Positions 1-13,100 of a stretch of 64,000 nt of DNA are shown here, one piece after another (the first letter of the stretch is position 1; every line of letters starts with the position of its first letter). Source of the stretch: Octopus vulgaris (taxonomy: Eukaryota); NCBI GenBank assembly GCA_951406725.2, contig OX597817.1, positions 38,998,001 through 39,062,000 of the forward strand, in the 5' to 3' direction. The notes under the pieces were generated by a model. That model worked only from the letters and a program-made list of their open reading frames with translations. It made no database searches and was not told the origin of the DNA. A program made the position numbers and the translations under genes.

Positions 1-360
1 GTTTGTCAATCTTCAAACAAAAATTGCCTATCTATGGGAACTAACTGTCTCTTGTTTCTTGGACTAAAGCTTTCTTGTTAAATTTCACCATTGCAATATG
101 TGCTAATAAGGTTCTCTCTGACCCACACTATATTAATTCTAATGTGCCCTGAAGATTAGTTTTGTTCTCCATAATATTTTTCCTGCAAACCAATGATTTA
201 TTTGTCATCATCTCCAACAACTTTTACTTCTATGCAGATGATGACACTCTTCATTCCTTCCTGATTTTAGTATCTAGATATCATTCACAGGCAACTTTGA
301 TACCTCATACTACACCTGCACTGCTTCCATAAACAGAGACTTGAAAAACATTCTCCAATA
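1..360 (+). mobile_element. Degenerate CR1/L2-type LINE reverse-transcriptase fragment
   Basis: YADDDTLH and INRDLKNI RT motifs at about 230-350, with stops and frameshifts. Confidence 0.6.
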
Positions 361-455
361 GTAGAATTAGAAGTTGTTAAATCTACATAAAAGTTTGGAA
401 ATAGAATTTTTAAAAATGCAATGTTGCAAAATTAATTTTTCATGATTTCATTCAG

Positions 456-583
456 AAAGAAAACATTCTTGTGTTTGTTGGAAACCAGCACCGAAGTCCA
501 GGTGATAAAGACCCATTATGTAAACAGAAGAAATGGGTCAACCCTCTTCCAGCTACTGGACATGCTGTGTACATTCCAAACAG
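456..583 (+). CDS. CFAP70: CFAP70 exon (KENILVF...QKKWVNPLP...YIPN)
   Basis: ttcag/ acceptor, /gtaaat donor. Confidence 0.85.
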
Positions 584-3500
584 GTAAATCATTTCAACCC
601 AATGACCATCTAGAATTACTACAACATTCTGAACATAGGTGTAGGTGTGGCTGTGTGGTAAGAAGTTTGCTTTCTAACCACATGGTTCCAGGTTCAGTCC
701 CACTGCATGACACCTTAGGCAAGTGTCTTCTTTAGCCTTGGGCTGACCAAGGCCTTGTGACTGGATTTGGTGGATGGAAGCTGAAAAAAGCCCATCATGT
801 GTTTGTGTGTGTGTGTGTGTCTGTGTGTCTGTCTGTCTGTTTGTGACTGTGTTTGTCCACCACCACCTCCACCACTTGACAACAGCTGTCGGTGTGTTTG
901 CATCCCCGTAACTTAGTAGTTCAGCAAAAAAATAAGTGAACAAAAAAATAAGCACTGGGGTAAATTCATTCAACTAAAAATTCTTCAAGGCAGTGCCCCA
1001 GCATGGCCACAGTCTAATAACTGAAACAAGTAAAAAAAAAGGTAAAAAGTAAATCACTAAATGTTGTCAACTTTTTCTTTTATATGCAAATTATTACAAA
1101 TATTTCCCTTTCTGTTATAAATATATAAAAAAAATATAGATTCTAGAAGCAGTAAATATCTAAAATACATGCATGCTTTTACGTATATCATTTTTCTAAT
1201 TAATAATATATTATTTTTCATTTTAGTTTCATCTTCAATGATCCAAAAGAAAATGAAGATGGAGACTTTCGATCAAAGGAAAACAAAGAATACAGAAAAC
1301 ATTCAGAAATGGAAAAATCAAAATTTATTTGGAACATGGAACGAAGATGTTTTCTCCATCAAACTGGGGCCAAACAGTATGTTTTACAAAATTGCTTAAC
1401 ACAATAATAGAAGTTGATAATATGAATGGGTCTGACTGAGGCAAGTAAAATCAAAATCGAAATCAAATTCGATGACTGGCATCCGTGCTAGTGGAGCACT
1501 AAGAGTACCATAGGAGTGTAATCATTGCCAGAGCAACAAGCTGGCCTCCGTGCCAGTGGCACATAAAAAGCACCATTCAAACGTGATCGTTACCTGTGTT
1601 GCCTTACTGGCACTTGTGCTGGTGGCACGTGAAAAAACATTCGAGCGAGGTCCTTGCCAGTGCCCTCTTATGATAAAAGGCAGATTTTCTCTGCCTGTTC
1701 CCATGTTTCTTTTTAATACAATTCTACAATATAGAATTTCTTCAATTGGAATTTACCTATGATTTTTCCAAGTAGATTCGATTGGGTCATGGCATGTAAA
1801 GTTTTTTCAATTTGACTCCCAATTAAGCAAAAATTCGAGAAAACTCAATATTTTACGATTTACCTCTCTGATTTCAAGTGGTTTACTCCTGCTATTACCA
1901 CCACAATTTCTCTTACTTTCTCTTTGCAAGTGTGAAACTATTAAAGTGAAAGTATTTATATAACAGGGATGAGCCATTAATACTGGTCATCCTTTTTGCT
2001 AGAGGAAGATCCGCTATGGTCTTATATGCTACACCACTGGTTTTCAATTCATATTAATCAAATTAATATTCAATTTTTCACCCTTATTATGTGTGTGTGT
2101 GTATTAGCAATTCGTATAAAATTGCATCAATGACTTGAACTTGAATAAGTGGTTTCACATAAATGGAGATAAATTAAAAAGGTTTGTTGTTATTATTATT
2201 ACTGTTTGACTATTGTAATCACGTTTGTTGGTTCCTTGTCAGGGAAACGTTGTTGTGTTGCATTTGTTAAATAATTGTAAACCGTAACCCTCCCCCTTAC
2301 GGAGAAGGGGCTTTGGTTATTGTTTAAAAATTGAATTGTGTCCCTGTTTCGGGAAATTGACAATATTTTCACCGTCTTTACGGAAGCATTTTTGTTAAAA
2401 TGCCTTCGATAGAAGAAAGTCCAAAAATGAATTTCGCTGCAGCCGTACACTTCTATACAAGAGGGAGGACAAGATCCAATTGATCGAAATTGCAAGAGAC
2501 AGGCCTACAATTCCAGTCTGTTATATATTTTGAGTATTGTTATCACTAGTGATATCAAGATATAACTTAGTATTTTGTATTTTATGTGTAGATGTATATA
2601 TATAGATGTACATGCAATATGTACACATATATATATATACACATATATACATGCATAATATATCTACCCATACACACATACGCACACACACACACATACA
2701 TAGGGGCAGGTGTGGCTGTGTGGTAACAAACTACGTTCCAAACACATGGTCCTGGGTTCAGTCCCACTGTGTGGTGACTTGGCATGTGTAGGCACAAACA
2801 CTCTGTCTTTACATTTGCTGCGTGAGACATGTTTTAATGTTGACGAGCTTGCCAAGTACATAGCCGACAATGAGCCAAAGCGCCTTCCAGAACAGAAGTT
2901 CACTTACAACTCCGTTGTTAATTCAGTCCGGGCCAAAGCTGGGGGGATTTTTTTCCTGGACGCTCCTGGGGGCACTGGGAAAACTTTTGTCAACAAATTA
3001 ATATTGGCTGAGATTAGGCGAACACAAGGCATTGCCCTAGCTGTGGCATCATCTGGAATTGCGGCCACTTTGTTGCCAGGCGGCAGGACAGCTCACTCCA
3101 CTTTCAAGCTCCCGCTTGACTTAGCGAAGACTAAGACACCAACTTGCAACATCAGTAACAGCTCCGATCAGGCAGAAGTCTTCAGACGATGCAAGCTTAT
3201 CGTTTGGGATGAATGCACGATGGCCCCTCAGAGACATCAAACACTCTTCAGCTCCCATGGGAGGCATAACACTTCTTCTTTCAGGGGACTTCCGACAAAC
3301 ACTTCCCGTTATTCCCAAAGGGACTAGAGCTGATGCACTAAGTGCGTGTCTTAAGTCATCCACATTGTGGCCACTGGTGAAGACTCTCAAACTTCACACA
3401 AATATGCGTGCTCATATGCGATGTGATATCACATCAGCAGCATTTTCTCACACCCTCCTTGCACTTGGCGAAGGCAAAAAAAATACCAGGGGATGAAAAT

Positions 3501-6500
3501 GGTAATATTGCCATCGATTCCATTTGTACCATTGTTAAAAAGCCTTCTGATCTCAGAGATGCAGTGTTCCCAGATCTACAAGCTAATTATCACAATATGG
3601 ATTGGATTGGCCAAAGGGCTATTCTGGCCCCGAGGAATAAAACTGTTCACCATATTAATGATGAAATGCTAAAACTCATTCCTGGGGATGTCTATGTATA
3701 TAAGTCTATCGATACAATTCCTGATCCAGAGGATGTCATCAACTATCCAATAGAGGTACTCAATTCCTTTGAGCCCCCCGGACTACCACCACACATTCTC
3801 AAACTTAAAATTGGTGCCCCTATAATGCTCATTAGAAATTTGGTTCCCCCAAAACAATGCAATGGCACACGTTTCATTGTTAAGTCCTTATCTCCCAATC
3901 GGATTGAGGCCAACATTATCACAGGGTGCGGTCGAGACAACGTTGTGCTCATACCTAGGATGCATCTTTTCCCATCAGGAGCAGACCTACCTTTCATATT
4001 TCGGAGGTCCCAGTTGCCAGTAAGGTCATATTTCACAATGTCAATTAACAAAGTGCAGGGTCAAACACTGTCTGTGGCGGGAATACATTTGGGAGAGCCA
4101 TGTTTCTCTCATGGTCAGCTTTATGTTGCCTGCTCGCGTGTCGGCAGCAACAGCGATGCTTTCGCATTCGTTCCACAACGAAAAACAAAAAACATTGTGT
4201 ACAAGGAGGTTTTATAGGATTACGTTTCATCATTTTCGAACACGTTAGTATTTCACTTACATACTACTCTCTTTTATGATGGCATTTACATTTTTAGGCG
4301 TTTCATGACATTAATTCACACTTAACCAACACCTGTCCTTTGCTCACCTCTATTTCTATCCATTCATCATCAAACCACCAGCCTCATCTTCTATATCCAA
4401 CGTACATGACACATCTACCCCCTACATCTACACTCTCACTGTTAAAGTTTACATAAGCGACAACACGATCGCAACTTACACTTTGGAAATTAAGCAACAG
4501 ATCATTTAATCATAATGCCCATCAATGAAAACATCTCCACCACTGTGTTGTGATTCATCTATTCAGCACAACTACAGTCTTGCCGGTCTGACATATGGTG
4601 AGTAGATGCTATTGTTCTATATTTTATAAATTACCCATTTTACTTACCCATGCTTCATTCCCCTCTTGCCTACATAGGGCATCCATTCTCTTTTAACACA
4701 GCATGAAGTTTTGTAACAGCACATCCGCTGCCGTTCGTGGAAAACGAAGAGACCCTATTCACCTGCAAACGTTTTACACCGCCTTCCACGACTATCAAAT
4801 TCTTACAATTATGAGAACAATAACATGGCTCTTTTCAAGGCAACCTCACATTCAATTCTTACACCATTCTACGAGGGGTTAGGAACCCCTTTACACAGCT
4901 TTCTATACACTTACAAATACATTCATTCGCCATAAAGTTATATCAATATTTGCCTGAATAATCATCATAATTCAGTGCAATCATTAGCAGTACTTTCAAG
5001 CAATTCAGCCCCGAGCATCGCCGGGAAATTCTGCTAGTTCTCTATAAAGGATATCTAAGTATTCAGTTACTGGAATTATTTGCTACACAAAAATTGTGTA
5101 AGCAACTTCACTTTTCCCTGTCTATTATTGTTATGTCTGAAGGTAGTGAGATGGCAGAAATGTTAGCATGTCAAGCGAAATGCTTAGTGGCATTTCGTCT
5201 GTTTTTACTTTCTGAGTTCAAATTCCGCCAAGGTTGACTTTGCCTTTCATCTTTTCGGAGTCGATAAATTAAGTATCAGTTGCATACTGGAGTTGATCTA
5301 TTCGACTGGCCCCTTCCCCCAAAATTTCAGGCCTTGTGCCTAGTGTAGAAAAGATTATTGATATGAACTGTTTTAAGATGGCGAGCTGGCAGAAACGTTA
5401 GCACACCGGGCGAAATGCGTAGCCGTATTTCGTCTGCCGTTACGTTCTGAGTTCAAATTCCGCCAAGGTCGACTTTACCTTTCATCCTTTCAGGGTTGAT
5501 AAATTAAGTACCACTTACGCACTGGGGTCGATGTAATCAACTTAATCTGTTTGTCTGTCCTTGTTTGTCCCCTCTGTGTTTAGCCCCTTGTGGGTAGTAA
5601 AGAAATAGGTATTTCGTCTGTCTTTACATTCTGAGTTCAAATTCTGCCACGGTCAACTTTGCCTTTCATCCTTTCAGGGTCGATAAATTAAGTACCAGTT
5701 GTGTACTGGAGTTGATCTAATTGACTGGCTCCCTCCCCCAAAATTTCAGGCCTTGTGCCTAGAGTAGAAAAGACTATTGTTATGTCTGGTTTATTTTTTT
5801 AAAATTTCTTATCCTTTTGAATGGGAAAATCTCATAAAATTTTGCATATCTCTCTTTTGGCAGTCTTTTGGAAACTATAACAGCAAAGCGATACCTGCCA
5901 CTGGAAATATTGCGTATAACTGTTCCAACTGGGGGCAGACTTAAAAAGGTATGTTAAGAGAGTAAAATATTGAATTAAATAAAAATGCAGTGAAATGAGC
6001 TGATGTAAAAATGAGAATATATTTTAGATGTATTCAATATGTTTTTTTGTATTTCATTTTAAAACTGAATTTTAAATATTTTCAATACAGAAATGAAGAA
6101 ATGCATTTAACACAATGAGAATACTGTTTTGTCTTTAAGCATGAAGATGAAGGAACAGCATCTTTTCATGGAGTAGTGTACATTGATTGCAGTCCACTTC
6201 TGTATCCTGGAGGTAAGTTTATAAAATGAATGTGGATAAAACCATTGAATAAAAGACAAGCATGATCAATCATGATCAATCACATCTATGTATATTTTTA
6301 ATTAAATCTTCTTGATGACGGATAATTAAAATGAAATATAATTATTTTACTGTCAATTACAGTAGTATGTTAAATGATCTGCTAGGGCTGTTAAGATAAA
6401 TAAAGATTAAGACCGATAATACAGTTAAGAGATTAACAAAATATGCAGTTTTAAATATAAGAAGTTGGCCTTACCATCTTTATAAATGTTAGGCAGCACT

Positions 6501-9500
6501 GGTGTAAAAGTAATATTTTATATTGATTTTTGGAGATTAAATTCTCACAGAATAGCCAAATACTTGAAAGGATAGAGTTACTAGAAATATTGTGAAGTAT
6601 TGAGTGGTGTAGTAGTTAATTCTGATAAATGTCTTATAGTTTAGAGATACAGTACTAGTAATTTTCTCAATGGTGAACATAACTTTTTCAAAGGCTTTTG
6701 AGATCTCAATGAACAAAAGAGTACAACATTTTCAATTCCTTATTAAATGCATCTTAAATCCAGATTCTACATTGTACACTATCAAATACAGAATTGGTTA
6801 AAAACCAGTCATCATCGTCATCATCATCATCATCATTTGACATCCATGTTCCTTGCTGGCATGGGTTATCATGCTCCAGAAAGCATCCAGTCCATTTACA
6901 GCATGGACTGGGCACTTTTTTCATACCACCTGCACTATTGAAGTCACCTTGCAGCTCATGGAACTATCAGGTCATCCCATAAGTTCTGTCCGACTTTACC
7001 TTTTTTAAAATTGAATGAAATTTAATAGTATTTTAGAATGTCTAATGGAATTAAAAATTATTTTTATGCATTTGTGTACATTTAAACTAATTAAATATTA
7101 TTTTACAGAATAATACAATTAAAATTTCTTTGATGAAAACCCTTTCTAACATGGAAGTATCCAAAGAGCATTTGAGACACATAATGCTTTATGAGTACAA
7201 AAAAGGAAACTCTGCAGCCGAAGCAACTCGAAACATACATTCAGTTTATGGGAAAGAATGCTTGAATGAAAAACCTTGCAGAAGATGGTTTGCAAAATTC
7301 AGAACTGGAGATTTCAGCCTTGAAGATGAAGATTGAACAGGGTGTCCAGTTGAGTTTGATGATAAGCTCCTTGCAGCATTACTTGAAGAAAATCCTGCAT
7401 TATCAGTTGAAGAATTGGCAATAAAGCTTAGTTCAAACCATACAACTGTTCATTGTCATCTTCAACAATTTGGAAAGATTCCTAAACTTGGAAAATGGGT
7501 ACCTCATGAATTGTCTGAAAGCAACTGCAAATCCCAAGTTGACATCTGCTCTTCTCTCCATTCTTGCGAACTCATTTCACTCATTTTGGATAGACTTGTG
7601 ACTAGTGACAAAAAGTGGATCTTCTATTGAAAAGTGAAACATTGTAAACCGAGAAGGGAACTTCATGGAAAAAAGGTTCTTCTCTCTATCTGGTGGGATT
7701 GCAAAGGAGTAATTCACTTTGAATTGTTACCACCTAATGCAACAATCAATGCTCAAGTCTACTGTCAACAATTAGAGTGTTTGAACCAAGCTTTGAAGAA
7801 AAAAAGACCCGCTTTAGTGAATCAAAAAGGAGTGATACTTCATCAGGACAATGCACAACACTGCAAAGATCACATCACAGAAGATCAAAGAGCTTGGTTG
7901 GGAAAAAAATTCCTCATCCACCTTATTCTCCTGACCTTGCTCCTTCAGCCTACCATTTGTTTCGAGGGACATAACTTTCGCAAGCCAGGGAGGAGGTCGA
8001 AACTGACATTTCAGAGTTCGTCGTTTTGAAACCAAAAGAGTTTTACATTTATGGGATTAAAAAAGCTTGTAAATAGATGGAACAAAGTCATAGATAATCA
8101 AGGGAAGTACATTGATGATTAAATTTCAATTAAATATAACATTTGATCACTTGTTTTCTTTATTCAAAATTCGGACAGAACTTATGGGATGACCTGATAC
8201 AAACCCTGGAGTCGGGGGTCAGCTCCATGCTAGTGAACAAAGGGATTGAAACATGAGAAGGGACTGCAGTACAGGTTCCTGTAGAGGATTTGCATGGCTA
8301 CTCACATCTAGAAGAGAAGGGGAGAAAAATAGAAAAATAATGAGTAGGAACTGCAAGAGATAGATAATGGTGACAAGATACTGACAAATTTATCAGCAAA
8401 TTTAGACACTATGTAAGTGTAATTTACCCAATATTTCTGCTGTTCTAACGGTGTTTCTGTTCGGAAAAAGTTATCATCTTATTTGTATCGTACAATATCT
8501 GTACATGATGAAAAAGTTATCAATGATCATTTCATTAATCATCTTAATTTTATACTCATTTATGTTTCTGTTTTATGTAATCAATGCTTGTTGACTTTTT
8601 TCTTTTTAATTACAGTGAAACAGATAAAAGGCGCTTATAAAGTCCAACCATTTTCTGAGGGTGAATACCAAGAAAAGGTATAAATTTTTTAAGAACATTT
8701 CTTTTGTACATGCCTTCTTTAATGCTTAGGTTTGCATCAGTTCTTTCTTTGAAGTTCCTCAAAGTAAGGATTGATATTTCATATTTTTAAATATTTTATA
8801 CATGTGAATATAAGAGGACAGGTAACTTATTAAAATCTCAACATTTACAAATTAAAAGTATTAATCTTGATTTCACATTGCACACTATCATATATAGAAT
8901 TAACTGAGGTAAAACAATTATTGGTTCTAAAAACAGATATGTGGTATTAGTGGCAGCTCATGTATAGGAACTGCGGAACTGCAGCACTCCCTATTTCCAC
9001 TCGATATTATTGATAACATTCAATGTGATGAGTCATTTTTTCTTTAATTTCTTCTTTATACTTGTACATTATATAATCCTTAAGCTTAATGTTAGTGGCC
9101 ATCCCCTAGTTTATGAAAAAAAAAAAAAATCCTTGTATAGAACTGTGCATTTCACAGCTCCAGTAGTGGAGGCACAATGACCTAGTGGTTAGGGCAGCAG
9201 ACTCGCGGTCGGAGGATCGCGGTTTTGATTCCCAGACCGGGCGTTGTGTGCATTTATTGAGCGAAAATACCTAAAGCTCCACGGGGCTTTGGCAGGGGGT
9301 GGTGGCGACCCCTGTTGTACTCTTTCGCTCCAATTTTCTCTCACTCTTTCTTCCTGTTTCTTATCCCCGTCTTCCTACGCAACCGCTGAGCCTGGATGTG
9401 CATTCATCCATCCATCGATGCTCTCAGTGTTGGGGGTTGACCTGCTTTCTCTTCTGCGGGTCTTACGAATAGCAAAGGACCACGTTTCAGACTTCTCCCA

Positions 9501-10094
9501 CTACTGGGACGAAGACCGCTTCGCTCAACATCAGCTCCAGCAATGTGGTGTTTGGCTGTTGTGCATATGCTCACTTGTCCGAGATAGGAAGCTTCGGGCC
9601 AGGAACCACAGTGTGCTGGTGAAAGGTAATGTTTCTTTTTGACTCCACATGTGTTGTGCTTAAAAACATGTTTATATTCTTGAATATGATAAAGTGTAGA
9701 ATTAGATTATTATCCTGTTTCCAGCTTCAGTGTTACTGCCAGGATTTGAAAAACAGGGCACATTCCCCCCCCACCCCCATTTTATAATTCAATGGGGATT
9801 TTTGAAAAATGGTGGGGAATTCGCAGCAGTGTTCAGTAAACAAATTAAATACACTACCCAGCAGTGGCTAAAATGCGAACCAATCAAGTTTATGTATAAA
9901 TTTTCTTTTTATATGTTTGTTTCCTTTTACACAAAATTAAAACAATGGCTAAAAATTTTCTGAAGCAGCACCCCTACTAATTTTATCTACAAGCCACCAC
10001 TGTGTGGTATATAATCCAAAGTCACTAATCTATGTTCAAACTATTCAATCATGTAAAACATCCTATTTAGTAAATTGTAACATATAGAACCCTG

Positions 10095-10130
<36 letters not shown>

Positions 10131-13100
10131 TGTTTAACGTCCGCTTTCCATGCTAGCATGGGTTGGACGATTTGAATATATAAACAAGTGCCTGTCCAAC
10201 AGTGATTGCATCATCCATACTCTCAACAATGCGCCCTTAAATATGGTTTCTGATTACAAATATCTTGTGTCATACATATCATCATCTGGAAAAGATTTTC
10301 TAACTAGAAAGGGTATGGCCTGTTCAGCCTGTAGTGACATGCATAAGATCTGGTCATCAAATCTAAGTAGAGACTTCAAACTTGAAATCTTCAAAGCCAC
10401 AGTCGAACCAATTCTACTATATGGCTCAGAAACCTGGACGTTATCAAAGAAGCTTGAGAGGCGGTTGGATGGAACCTACACTCGCCTCCTTATAAGAGCT
10501 CAAAATCTCTCGTGGAAGTGTCATCCAACCAAAATGCTAATATATAGGAAACTACCACCTGTGTCATCTCTTATGAAAGGTGGGAGAGTCCAGTTTGCTG
10601 GACATTGTTGTAGAGCTGAAAACGAGGCAATTTCTCCTCTTCTCCTCTGGAAGCCATCTACTCGCAATACCAGAGGGCGCACACTCTCCTACCCTGATGT
10701 AATCTCCAGGGATACAGGCATCCAGCAACAGGACCTCCGTAATGCTATGATGGACCGTGAAGTCTGGTGTAGCATGGTAAATTCCATTGTCTCGACCATG
10801 GTCGAACAATGATGATGATGATGGACGATTTGACTGAGAGATGGCGAACCAGATGGCTGCACCAGGCTTTAAGCTTGATCTGGCAGAGTTTCCACTGCTG
10901 GATGCCCTTCCTAATGCCAACCACTCCGAGAGTGTTATGGGTGCTTTTACATGCCACCGGCACAGGGCCAGTCAGGCAGTACTGGCAACGACCTCGCTCG
11001 AATCTTTTATACATGCCAGTAAGGCGATGTTGGTAACGATCACACTCGAATGGTGTCTTTTACATGCCACCGACACGGAGGCCAGATAGCCGCTCTGGCA
11101 ACAATCACGCTTGGATGATGCTCTTAATACCCTACTAACATGGGGCTCGAGTGCCAGTAAGGTGACGCTGGTAACGATCACAATCGAATGGTGCCTTTTA
11201 TGTGCCACTGGCACGAAGCCAGTTAGCCGCTCTGTCAATAATCACACTCGTATGTTTGCTCTTTACACCCTGCTAGCACGGACACCAGTCATCGAATTTG
11301 ATTTTGATTTTGATTTCACTTGCCTCAACAGGTCTTCGCAAGCAGAGTTTTAGTGCCCAAAGAAGGAAAAGGTACACATAAGTGGGCTGGTTACACCCCT
11401 GGCATAGGCCACGAGATTATGGTCTCATTTGGCTTGCCGGGTCTTCTCATGCATAGCATATTTCCGAAAGTCTTGGTCACTAGTCATTTCCTTGGTGAGG
11501 CCTAAAGCTCAAAGGTCATGCTTCACCACTTCATCCCAGGTCTTCCTGGGTCTACCTCTTCCACAGGTTCCTTCAACCACTAGGGTATGGCACTTTTTCA
11601 CACAGCTATCCTCATCCATTCTCGCCACATGACCATACCAGTGCAGTCGTCTCTCTTGCACACCACATTTGATGCTTCTTAGGTCCAACTTTTCTCTCAA
11701 GGTACTTACACTTTGTCGAGTATGCATACTGACATTACACACCCATCGGATCATACTGGCTTCATTCCTTGCGAGTTTACGCATGTCCTCAGCAGTCACA
11801 GCCCATGTTTCACTGCCATGTGGCATGGCTGTTTGTACACATGCGTCATACAGTCTACCTTTTACTCTGTGCAAGAGGCCCTTTGTCACCAGCAGAGGTA
11901 AGAGCTCTCTGAACTTTGCCCAAGAAAAATACATCAATCTGAAAAACACTCTCTCACTATAAATGTAGTGGTTTAACTGGGTGGGCAGAATAAAGAGTTT
12001 GTTGGGAGAAAGAATTAGAAGACTAAGGGATGGAGAGAGGAAGGTAAAGGAGACGAAGAAGAAACCAAATGTTTATAGCAGAGAAATGAAAAGAAAGGAA
12101 AAGACATTTTTTTTTCTGGTTTGACAATTAAAGCTATGTTAAAATTATTTGTGTGATTGATAAATTTTTATGGATGATGATTGATGAATTTTTCTTATGG
12201 TTCAGGCAATTAGTTCAACAGTACTTAGTGAAGAGGCAATTAAATTTTCACTCAGCTTTGTATCATCTGGACCATCTCCAACAGGACGAAAGGGGAAAGA
12301 AGAGAAAAAAGAGTCAAAGAAAGTAATGTATATTCTTTCACTTTCTATTTATTTGTGTTCATTAATAATATTTATATTATACTTCAGAGAAATTTCACTG
12401 ATCTTATTTAGTTTTTCTTTCCCAAACATTAATTCAAAAAACATTTAGTTTATGATGACTGTAATAACATTGATACTTGTGACTGGTACAGTAATAATGA
12501 ATGATGATATGTAATAATTCTGCTAAAAATAATACATTTTGGTCACAGTACTGCATTTGTAAGCAAGTAAATAATGTACTGACTTATGAGCTAGTTTGTC
12601 TGCTAGAAGGCTTGATTGTCAGAAGCCCAGTCCAACTAGCAATAACCAGTTATCATATAGCAGTAAAGACTGTGCCATTTTTTGAAAGTTCTAGAGAAGC
12701 TAATGTAACCCATCAGAGATGTATATTCTGGTGTGCTTGGTAAACATTCCACACTCACCATATATTACTCTTTTATTCTTTTAATTGTTTCAGTCATTTG
12801 ACTGAGGCCATGCTGGAGCACCGCCTTTAGTCGAGCAAATCGACCCCGGGACTTATTCTTTGTAAGCCCAGTATTTATTCTATTGGTCTCTTTTGCTGAA
12901 CCGCTAAGTGACAGGGACGTAAACACACCAGCATCGGTTGTCAAGCAATGCTAGGGGGACAAACACACACACACAAACACACATATATACATATATACAA
13001 CAGGCTTCTTTCAGTTTCCGTCTACCAAATCCACTCACAAGGCATTGGTCGGCCCAGGGCTATAGCAGAAGACACTTGCTCAAGATGCCACGCAGTGGGA

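Noticed and set aside
2710-4217. Cellular PIF1 helicase gene
   Set aside because: Intronless, frameshifted and followed by a Helitron hairpin-CTAG terminus
6089-6139. Stronger-looking acceptor (atacag|) 49 nt upstream of the CFAP70 exon at 6140
   Set aside because: It gives AAA TGA, an immediate stop, in the required phase; the aag at 6139 keeps the frame and the conserved motif
7130-8120. SETMAR-like domesticated gene
   Set aside because: Bounded by TIRs and TA TSDs, with multiple stops and frameshifts and no SET domain
10930-11290. CRISPR-like or satellite array of ~55-60-bp units (TGCCAC..GGCAC..GCCAGT)
   Set aside because: Degenerate internal repeats of the RTE 3' UTR, recurring at 1.5, 30.5 and 63 kb; no repeat-spacer structure or cas genes, and the context is eukaryotic
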